Origin: an uncultured virus (IMG/VR IMGVR_UViG_3300035145_001531)
Taxonomy: Duplodnaviria; Heunggongvirae; Uroviricota; Caudoviricetes
Virus record (IMG/VR): IMGVR_UViG_3300035145_001531
Strand: one strand, 5' to 3'
Length of the DNA: 64,000 bases
Of this stretch, positions 56,079 to 64,000 are shown in pieces. A program made the translations under genes and the position numbers. The notes under the pieces were generated by a model, which was given only the letters and a program-made list of their open reading frames with translations, ran no database searches and had not been told where the DNA came from. Each line of letters starts with the position of its first letter. The first letter of the stretch is position 1.

Positions 56079-58031
56079 ATGGCGGTAACAAACTTTACAG
56101 CAAATCAAATCGGAGACTATTTCTTCGCTAAACTACAAGAGCCTTTCTCTGGTGTAACAAGAGTAACAGGTTGGAATATTTTAGTAGGAGTTAACTCTCC
56201 AAATAGCGTAGGTACTTTACAGTTAACCTCGGGTTCCAATGTTATCTATGGCACTAATGTAAACTGGAATTTAGCGCCGGGCAATAACTTTATCGTAGGT
56301 TCTCAAGTTTTCACTGTTGCTGGTATTGACGCATATAGTATTACTACAACAGAACCTGCTAACTTTTCTGCAGCTGCGGCAAAATGGTACGAATACCCAG
56401 ATCAAGATAATTATTTTACCTATGACTTTAGATGGTCCCAAGAAAGTATTTCTTCAGACGGCGGCCAGATGTCTGAGTTAAGACCTTTAAATAATCAGAT
56501 TGGGCCTAGAGACTTAATGGGCATGCAATTTGACGCGGATAAACCGCTCTGGATTGACGTAAAGGCAGAGGTTTATAGATTATCAAGTTTACATAGCTTA
56601 AGCCTTTTATCAGTAACTTTTGAACTGGAAACGGCAGAAGGTACAATTCAATCATGTCCTAATATTTGTGGCGAATGTGACGACCCGTATGTTGCTGGAT
56701 GCACTAATATTGTAATCGACTGTACTGACCCAATCTACAACCCATATAATTTAAATAAACCGACAGCAATTTATGAAGAGATTAGTGAACTTGCTGCTAA
56801 TATGTGGGGACATCCAGTACAGTATTTTAGAGTAGAACCTGATCAAAGATCTAGAGATGTTATCTTAATGGAGTACTCTCTATATAATGTAAAAGAGCAA
56901 GGCGACTTAAAGGTTATCGTTCCAGATAATGCAATGCCAACTAGAGAATTTACATACGATATTTTTGGTATGGGCTTTGAGGATTTCGAGATCCATATTA
57001 CAAAAGGCCAAATGGAACAGGCATTCGGTGAAGGTATACTCCCAAGGCCTAGAGATTATATGTACATTCCAGTTATGAATAGAATGTATGAGGTGAGCTC
57101 AGTATCTTTAGCAGATGAGTTTAACCAAACCATGACGTACTGGAGAGTAATGCTACAAAAATACGAAGAGCGTAGCTCTAGTATTGTTGAGGATGGAAGT
57201 GCAATAGAGCAACAGTTAGATGAACTTTATACTGGCGTTGAAGAAGTATTCGGAGAAGAAATTCAAGATGAATATGTACAATCTACTAAGCCAGAACAAT
57301 ACCAGACTGTTTTCTCAGAAGTTAGTGATGGTGTTAGAGAGAGAATCCATAACGGACTAATTATCTCAGATAAAGAGATTAGAAATAAGTGGACTATTAT
57401 CGGAAAGAACTCTTATGATTTAGAATCAGTTAAAGATTTAGGTATTGAATGTCTGGTCTATGGTAAATATTCTCAATTACAGACATCAGATAATATTGCA
57501 TTCTCTGCTTGGTTTAAACCTAATTTTACGTCGGCCACTGCAGAACAAACAATTATCGATGGATCGAAAGATAATAAGGGTTTAAAACTAACAGTTAATA
57601 AAACTCATGTCAAGGCATATATTAATGACTTAGTACTAGAATACCCATTTGCAACTCAACCCGAAAACGATAACTGGTATGGTTTAGTATTTAATTTAAA
57701 TAATACACATCTAAATACACATGTATCTGTGTATAAATTAAATCCAGTTAGTAATGCTATAACTTCTATGGCAGTTTCAGATACTTTAATTGAAGTGCTT
57801 GATAATAATTTTGAAATTACAAGTAAACTAGGTTGGGTTACCACTAAAAAATGGTCTTTAATGCCTGGTAAAATGGCATTAACCAATATCAGATTATTTA
57901 CTAAAGTGATCGGTAAAGATCAACATACTAATATTCTACAACAATATATCGTTAGAGATAACCGACTGGCTCATATTATCGATAACGCTGTTCCGTCTAT
58001 TCAGTTAAGAAGGTATAACCAAAACAGGTAA
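56079..58031 (+). CDS. gp14: gp14-like neck protein with N-terminal beta domain and C-terminal LamG/ConA-like domain
   Basis: WGHPVQYF, FG.GF.D, P.P.DYMY.P..NRMYEV..V; FSAWFKP...WYGLVF. Confidence 0.6.
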   Translation: MAVTNFTANQIGDYFFAKLQEPFSGVTRVTGWNILVGVNSPNSVGTLQLTSGSNVIYGTNVNWNLAPGNNFIVGSQVFTVAGIDAYSITTTEPANFSAAAAKWYEYPDQDNYFTYDFRWSQESISSDGGQMSELRPLNNQIGPRDLMGMQFDADKPLWIDVKAEVYRLSSLHSLSLLSVTFELETAEGTIQSCPNICGECDDPYVAGCTNIVIDCTDPIYNPYNLNKPTAIYEEISELAANMWGHPVQYFRVEPDQRSRDVILMEYSLYNVKEQGDLKVIVPDNAMPTREFTYDIFGMGFEDFEIHITKGQMEQAFGEGILPRPRDYMYIPVMNRMYEVSSVSLADEFNQTMTYWRVMLQKYEERSSSIVEDGSAIEQQLDELYTGVEEVFGEEIQDEYVQSTKPEQYQTVFSEVSDGVRERIHNGLIISDKEIRNKWTIIGKNSYDLESVKDLGIECLVYGKYSQLQTSDNIAFSAWFKPNFTSATAEQTIIDGSKDNKGLKLTVNKTHVKAYINDLVLEYPFATQPENDNWYGLVFNLNNTHLNTHVSVYKLNPVSNAITSMAVSDTLIEVLDNNFEITSKLGWVTTKKWSLMPGKMALTNIRLFTKVIGKDQHTNILQQYIVRDNRLAHIIDNAVPSIQLRRYNQNR

Positions 58032-58089
58032 TTATTCCAAATTCTAATCTAGGATAATTTTCTAGATATATAGAATATAATATCATATT

Positions 58090-58743
58090 ATGAGTGAGAA
58101 GAAAAAGACAATAGCTGAGCAGGCAGATGATATTAGGAAAGAGTTAGACGATTTAATCGGAGATAGTCCGCTAAACGTAGAGAACGATCCTAAAGATTTA
58201 CCTATTCAGTCAAAACCAACGGCATTAGCTCCGATGGTTAACTATACAGAATTAAAAGCAGGTGCAACTAAAAAGGCACAAAAAACCATTACTTCTCTGA
58301 TGAAATTTTATCTGGATGCAGATATTATTGAGAAGGATGAGTATATTAAAGCTAAGAAGCAAATGGATGAGATGACAATGTCTTCTCTAATTTATCAATT
58401 GCAAGCAGGTGAAAGAGCCCTAACTACTCTATTAGAAACTATCGACTCAGGTGAATTAGCACCTAGAATGTTTGAAGTACTAGCAACTTTACAGAAGTCA
58501 ATGTTAGATATTATCAAATCTCAGACCATGTATCTGATGGCTGCAGAAGAAGGTACTAAAAGAATTGCTAGAGATATAGAGATCTATCAACAGAGACAGA
58601 ATCAAACTGAGATTGAAGGAGCAGGTGGAGATACTAGTAATAAAAATATCCAAAGAGGTACAAAAGACTTAATGGCCGCTATCCGCGCAGGTATCGATGG
58701 TGCAAACGCGGACATTGAAGATGTTGAACCAACAGAAGAATAA
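58090..58743 (+). CDS. gp16: Terminase small subunit-like
   Basis: PRMFEVLATL, GTKDLM; directly upstream of the large terminase. Confidence 0.65.
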   Translation: MSEKKKTIAEQADDIRKELDDLIGDSPLNVENDPKDLPIQSKPTALAPMVNYTELKAGATKKAQKTITSLMKFYLDADIIEKDEYIKAKKQMDEMTMSSLIYQLQAGERALTTLLETIDSGELAPRMFEVLATLQKSMLDIIKSQTMYLMAAEEGTKRIARDIEIYQQRQNQTEIEGAGGDTSNKNIQRGTKDLMAAIRAGIDGANADIEDVEPTEE

Positions 58744-60575
58744 TGTCAGACTACGTAGGAGATAATAAATGGATTCCGAAAGAGGAAGGGCCACAAGCCG
58801 CCTCGGAAAGAATTGTTTGGTCCACCAAGCAAATCAATGACTTATTGGTTGCTATGGACCAGGGTTATCGTCCTAAGATTAAGTTACCATTCTATGAGGG
58901 TAGACAATTTCTAAAGAAAGGTAATATTGTATTTGAATATACTGACGAGGAAATTCAAGAGTTGGCTAGATGCGCCGCTGATATTGTGTACTTTGCAGAG
59001 AAGTACGCTGTGGTAATGACGGATAATGGTATTCAAAAGGTAAAACTAAGAGATTACCAAATCGAGATGTTGAGGAATTTCCAAAATGAAAGATTTAATA
59101 TCGTATTGGCATCTCGCCAGATGGGTAAAACCGTAACGGCATCTATCTTTAATGCTTGGTATCTGACATTTAATATGGACAAGAACACTCTATTACTTGC
59201 CAACAAATCTGACTCAACAAAAGAAATTATTGATAAAGCCAAGACCGTAATTGAGAACTTACCGTTCTACATGAAGCCTGGTATTATTAAATATGACGTG
59301 ATGAATGTTCGTTGTGATAATGGTTGTCGTCTAATGGGACAGTCAACCACAGCAAAATCCGGTATTGGTTTTACAATTCACAACCTGTACTTGGACGAGT
59401 TTGCACACATTCACCCGTCGATCGCAGACTCTTTCTATGAGAACGTATATCCTACGTTGTCCTCGTCGAAAGTCTCAAGAATTACAATTACATCTACACC
59501 AAATGGATTTAACAAATTCTACCAAATATACGCAGCAGCAGATCGCGGCGATAATGAATATCATGCTATGCGTATCGACTGGTGGCAACATCCAGACCGA
59601 GACGAAGAATGGTATGAAAGAGAGTTAAAGAACTTAGGCTCAATTGAGGCATTCAATAAACAGTACGGTAATGAGTTCGTTAGTTCGTCTAACCTACTAC
59701 TCGATCCGGTGGATATGAAGAAGATGCGAAAGAGAATGAGGCCTTATGTTTATCATGACTTCGATGAATTTGACTATATCTCAATTGATACAAAAGGATT
59801 CCTAGAGTGGGATCCAGAATTTGATATTGATACATGTAAAGATCAAGAGAATTTCTGGCTATTCTCGGTAGATATTGCTGAGGGAAATGGTGGTGATTCT
59901 TCTGTGATTAATATATTTCAGGTCAATCCTATGAATTCCGATGAGATTAAGAATGTTGTTAATCCAGGTGCAATGTATGACTTCTTTAAATTTAGCCAAG
60001 TCGCTAGGTTTAAATCAAACGAACATGTAATCGAGGATTTTGCAAAGGTACTATATACATTGGCGGTTGACATCTTTTACTCTGAGAACGTAAAGATGAT
60101 TATCGAGTACAACACATACGGTACGGTCTTGTTTAATTATCTAAGACAGATCTTCCCTCAAAGAAATGATTTTGATGATGAAATGATCGTTAAATTTAAG
60201 CACAGACACGATGGCAGGTCACTAAAACCGGGTATTAAACTAAAATCTGATAACAAGGCAATCTTTTGTCAAAATTTTGCAAAGTTATATAAGATAAATA
60301 GATTAGATTTAACAGACGAAGTTACAGTGACAGAGGCATCATTATTTGGTACACTACCCAACGGTAGTTATGGAGCTCAAATGGGCAACGACGATGTGAT
60401 TATGACTTGCATTACTGCGACTGAGTTTTTTAACACTACTGACTATGCAGATTTTGTAGAAGAGATATTAGATTTCGTAGACCCAGAACTCCATGATGAG
60501 ATGGAAGCTATACTTTTTAGAGATAGTGACCAACAAGGAGATTTGCAGTATGATATTTATGACCTGTTGAAATAA
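58743..60575 (+). CDS. gp17: Terminase large subunit
   Basis: LRDYQ, SRQMGKT, YLDEFAH, TSTPNG.N.F, VDIAEG.GGD.S, DDVIM. Confidence 0.95.
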   Translation: MSDYVGDNKWIPKEEGPQAASERIVWSTKQINDLLVAMDQGYRPKIKLPFYEGRQFLKKGNIVFEYTDEEIQELARCAADIVYFAEKYAVVMTDNGIQKVKLRDYQIEMLRNFQNERFNIVLASRQMGKTVTASIFNAWYLTFNMDKNTLLLANKSDSTKEIIDKAKTVIENLPFYMKPGIIKYDVMNVRCDNGCRLMGQSTTAKSGIGFTIHNLYLDEFAHIHPSIADSFYENVYPTLSSSKVSRITITSTPNGFNKFYQIYAAADRGDNEYHAMRIDWWQHPDRDEEWYERELKNLGSIEAFNKQYGNEFVSSSNLLLDPVDMKKMRKRMRPYVYHDFDEFDYISIDTKGFLEWDPEFDIDTCKDQENFWLFSVDIAEGNGGDSSVINIFQVNPMNSDEIKNVVNPGAMYDFFKFSQVARFKSNEHVIEDFAKVLYTLAVDIFYSENVKMIIEYNTYGTVLFNYLRQIFPQRNDFDDEMIVKFKHRHDGRSLKPGIKLKSDNKAIFCQNFAKLYKINRLDLTDEVTVTEASLFGTLPNGSYGAQMGNDDVIMTCITATEFFNTTDYADFVEEILDFVDPELHDEMEAILFRDSDQQGDLQYDIYDLLK

Positions 60576-60631
60576 ATTTGCAGAAAGACACGGATATATA
60601 ATAAAAGAATAAAAAATAATAACGAACAATT

Positions 60632-63490
60632 ATGGCATTAAGTCCTCAATTACTACAGTTCAAAAGCTCAGGCGTATATCGTCTAGAGTTTGACAAGTCA
60701 CAGACTGTTAACATTCCTGCGGAAACTATCAGACTAGTTGTAGGTAGATCTAATAAAGGTCCTTACAATACTCCAGTTCTAGTAGAAGATGTAGAGCAAT
60801 TCAAGCAAGTTTTCGGTGGTGTAGACAAGTCATTAGAAAGAAAAAACATGTTCTTCCACAGATCAGCGATCGAAGCTCTGTCTAGAGGTCCTATCTTAGC
60901 GTTAAACCTAACTACTGCAGATCCAGATGATAAGGTGAGTGTATTCTCTCCTGCAACTAACTCTTCACAGGAAGGTTTAAGCGGTAACAGTACTCAGGCA
61001 TCAGAAGATTCTGCTAATAGCTTTAGCGAAGTATTTGATACTGATAAATTCTGGGTACCTTCAGATGAGAAGCTACTAGCTGCTACTGCAGAAGATACAA
61101 ACCACGCAATTTCTTTTGTTAATATCAAACAAGACCCAATCACAGTTATTATTAGACAAGCTGCTGATGTTAGAGGTTTTGAATTAACAGCAAGAGAATG
61201 GTACGGTGAATCAAACATTCCAGAAGGTATTGATGCGGATGAATACGTATCAGACTATATGGTTGATGTATTTGTATTCAAAGGTAAATTTGACGCAGAA
61301 GAGTTAAATAACGATCCTAACTACGGTGAGTATTTTGATGCTGACGGTCTACTTAAAGCTCAATTTGCTAAATTCGCTGGTTTAAGAGAAGTAACTTTAT
61401 TAGCACAATACAATGGTGTATCTTTAATCCCTGAATTTATTGATGCAGAAGGTAATCAAATGTACATCGAGACTCTAATTAATCTAGAGGCTAGAAGAAC
61501 AGGTTTATTCTGTGCGGTACAGGAAGATGCACTTCCACAAATTGACTTAATTGGTAATAACTTTGACATCTACCAAGATTACGAAGTTTTATCTCATAAA
61601 GTAAATCAAGAAAGAGCTCCTCAAACAGCTAACCTAACTGCTTATGCAGGTGTATGTCACGTTGACGGTGCTATTTTAACTATTAACGGCGGCGGTAACT
61701 TAACAGCTGCTAATATCGCATTAGACGGTATCGCAGAAGGTAAATGGTTAGAAGCAGCTATTGGTGGTGAATATGTTAAAATCGACGACGTTAGCGATAT
61801 TAACGGAGGCGGTGTAATTATCACAGCTACTGGTAATATTTCTAAAGGTTATGAAAAATTCACAGCAGCAAATCCTGCAACATGGCAAACTCCTACTACT
61901 ATTACTGTTGATGCTAACGGTAACTTAGTCTTAGCAGATGCTCCATTTAACTACGGTAACTTACAAGGTGCTGCTGGTTACTACCTACTATCTGAAAATG
62001 ATGGTGAGTATGTAGAAATCCACTCGGTAACTTTAGATAACGTTACTGGTGCAGTAACTATTTCTCCAGCAGGCTCTCTTGGATTTAGCGCAGATTATGC
62101 TGGTGCTAACCAAATCCAACTAGCAGTTTCTGAGAAAACTATCAATACTGCATTTACAGCATGGACTCTAAGCCCTAACGCTAGAGCAGAGATGATTCCT
62201 ACTTTAGGCGCAGGCTGGGACTTTACTCCAAACGGTGCTGGTAGATTTACATTCTCAGGAGATTCTACAGCTTCTGCATGGAACGCTAATATCAAAGTAG
62301 GTATGTACGTACCAGGTGATGGCGGTAAATTAGCTAGAATCAAGAAAATCGTTAAAGAAGTAAACGGAGACGTAACTTACTACAAATTTGAAACACACAG
62401 AGTAGTTACTAATAGACCTCCATACGCTCTTAAGAGATATGAAGAAACTGCTGGTTTCTACAAGACGTTCCCTCTAGAAGGTGCAACTCAAACTGAGAAA
62501 CTAATTGGAGGTTCAGACGGCTTACTATCAGCTATTAAGCCAGGTACTGGTTTAGGTAACGCTTTAGTTGATAAAGACAATATTACATTCAGATATGTTG
62601 TTGATACATTTGGATCTTTAGAAAACGGAGGTCTTTTAAATAAAGAAGAACTTTCTCTACTATGTAAAGAAAGACAGAATGCTTCTGCAATTCTTAACGC
62701 ACCGATGGTGAAAGAATTCAAGGCTTCTACTAACCCTTCATTCCTAGATTCAAATACTGGTGCATTTAACGTGAACCACGTAGCAACTGGAGGTAACTTA
62801 GAAACTAACCCAACAGCTCTTTACACATTACCATCGATCAACGAGGGTGCTAACTACGCATTCTACTACGGTCCTGGTCTTAATGTAATCGAGAACGGTA
62901 GAACTAAAGTTATTCCACCAGCAGCTTACATCTCAAACAACTATATCGATAAATATACAGATGCATTACCTTGGTCAATCATCGCAGGCCCAAGAAGAGG
63001 TGTTGTAGGTGGTACAGGTGTACAATCTCTAGAATTTGCATTCGATAAATTCGACAGAGACGTACTTGAGCCATTCGGTTACAACCCAATCGTATTCGAA
63101 AGAGGCGTTGGTTTAACAATCAAAGGTAATAAAACTGCACAGCAAGGTATTCAGTCTGCTCTATCTTCAGCACACGTAAGAGAAGCTCTTATCTACATTG
63201 AAGATGGTTTAGCTGAAATCCTTAAGAACTACTTGTTCGAGTTTAACAATGCTCAAACTAGATTAGAAATCAAAACTCTAGCTGATAACTTTATGGAGTC
63301 AGTGAAGAAAGATGGTGGTGTATACGACTACAAGAACATCATGGACACTTCTAACAACACAACTGAGGTGATCGACAACAACATGGGTATTCTTGACACA
63401 TTCGTTGAGCCAGTTAAAGGTCTTGAGATTCTAGTATCGAGAGTAACTGTTCTAAATACAGGTGAAATCGCAACAGGTAACTTTGCATAA
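60632..63490 (+). CDS. gp18: Contractile tail sheath protein with large insertion domains
   Basis: SGVY..E.D.S, GP...PVLV, PWSI.AG.RRG, NPI, G.KT, HVR..LIYIE, FEFN...TR. Confidence 0.93.
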   Translation: MALSPQLLQFKSSGVYRLEFDKSQTVNIPAETIRLVVGRSNKGPYNTPVLVEDVEQFKQVFGGVDKSLERKNMFFHRSAIEALSRGPILALNLTTADPDDKVSVFSPATNSSQEGLSGNSTQASEDSANSFSEVFDTDKFWVPSDEKLLAATAEDTNHAISFVNIKQDPITVIIRQAADVRGFELTAREWYGESNIPEGIDADEYVSDYMVDVFVFKGKFDAEELNNDPNYGEYFDADGLLKAQFAKFAGLREVTLLAQYNGVSLIPEFIDAEGNQMYIETLINLEARRTGLFCAVQEDALPQIDLIGNNFDIYQDYEVLSHKVNQERAPQTANLTAYAGVCHVDGAILTINGGGNLTAANIALDGIAEGKWLEAAIGGEYVKIDDVSDINGGGVIITATGNISKGYEKFTAANPATWQTPTTITVDANGNLVLADAPFNYGNLQGAAGYYLLSENDGEYVEIHSVTLDNVTGAVTISPAGSLGFSADYAGANQIQLAVSEKTINTAFTAWTLSPNARAEMIPTLGAGWDFTPNGAGRFTFSGDSTASAWNANIKVGMYVPGDGGKLARIKKIVKEVNGDVTYYKFETHRVVTNRPPYALKRYEETAGFYKTFPLEGATQTEKLIGGSDGLLSAIKPGTGLGNALVDKDNITFRYVVDTFGSLENGGLLNKEELSLLCKERQNASAILNAPMVKEFKASTNPSFLDSNTGAFNVNHVATGGNLETNPTALYTLPSINEGANYAFYYGPGLNVIENGRTKVIPPAAYISNNYIDKYTDALPWSIIAGPRRGVVGGTGVQSLEFAFDKFDRDVLEPFGYNPIVFERGVGLTIKGNKTAQQGIQSALSSAHVREALIYIEDGLAEILKNYLFEFNNAQTRLEIKTLADNFMESVKKDGGVYDYKNIMDTSNNTTEVIDNNMGILDTFVEPVKGLEILVSRVTVLNTGEIATGNFA

Positions 63491-63528
63491 GAAACGAAAG
63501 ATATATAAATAAAATAGAAAATTAAGAT

Positions 63529-64000
63529 ATGGCTTTACCACATTATTCAGAGGACCAAACTAGCAAGAAAGGTAGAAACTTTGAGCCAGTACAGGCTAAC
63601 CTGTTCGAGGTAACAATTTTACCTCCTGCTGGTGTTGCTGGACAAGAGTTCCTTTTACAGCACGTTAATTCAATCTCTGGTTTAGATGCTCTAGCTCCTG
63701 CGGTTGACGCAATCGGTCAAAAGTATAAGTTTGCAGAAAGAAATTATGCAGGCATGCCAGGTGCGACTTCAGTTGATATTACAGTTAACTTCTCTCTAAA
63801 CCTGAACGATTCAAACCAAGCGTACCTATATAAAACATTAAGACAATGGTACAGAGCTCAGTACAATCCTGAGACTGGTGAAATGGGTCTTAAGAAAAAT
63901 TATGTTGGTACAATCGTAGTTGTTCAATTCAACAGAGAAGGTGACATCTACAGAAAGGTTACACTAGATGATTGTTTCATTACTTCAGGTGTAAACTTAG
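63529..64000 (+). CDS. gp19: Tail tube protein (3'-truncated; not in the ORF track)
   Basis: ATG at 63529 after the late promoter at 63500: MALPHYSED...PVQANLFEVTILPP...LRQWY...; directly follows the sheath gene; open to the window end. Confidence 0.8.
   Translation, partial: MALPHYSEDQTSKKGRNFEPVQANLFEVTILPPAGVAGQEFLLQHVNSISGLDALAPAVDAIGQKYKFAERNYAGMPGATSVDITVNFSLNLNDSNQAYLYKTLRQWYRAQYNPETGEMGLKKNYVGTIVVVQFNREGDIYRKVTLDDCFITSGVNL

Noticed and set aside
965..62721. Many 60-155-aa minus-strand and alternate-frame ORFs nested in long genes
   Set aside because: Ser/Phe/Leu-rich antisense shadows of biased codon usage; no motifs or promoters.
1..64000. Stop-codon reassignment as seen in some large phages
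   Set aside because: The standard code gives full-length core genes at high density; TAG and TGA both end genes at sensible positions.

Overview
This is a 64 kb piece of a large T4-like (myovirus) phage genome, densely coded and almost entirely on the + strand. The standard genetic code gives full-length genes. It carries the T4 core modules for replication/recombination (gp32, primase, UvsY, UvsW, UvsX, gp41, gp46/47, gp44/62/45, RNase H, a RuvC-like resolvase, nrdAB) and morphogenesis (gp2, gp4, gp14, gp15, gp16, gp17, gp18, gp19, gp20, a gp21-gp22 fusion, gp23). A TAnnTTTG-type promoter and A-rich leaders without Shine-Dalgarno sites suggest a Bacteroidota host (inference). Most notable: (1) a ~9 kb late cluster (10375-19483) of proteins with capsid-targeting-like N-termini, built as modular polyproteins split by prohead-protease-like sites, including an RNA-ligase-like enzyme and a nucleotidyltransferase; (2) a probable thymidine-hypermodification operon (amino acid:DNA transferase-like, PLP enzyme, SGNH-like protein, dUTPase, FkbM methyltransferase); (3) a family B DNA polymerase split into two genes about 4.1 kb apart; (4) three promoter classes readable from the sequence, including a non-T4 late motif GATATATA; (5) several structured non-coding segments. 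All calls rest on motif recognition and gene order by eye; no database search was run.
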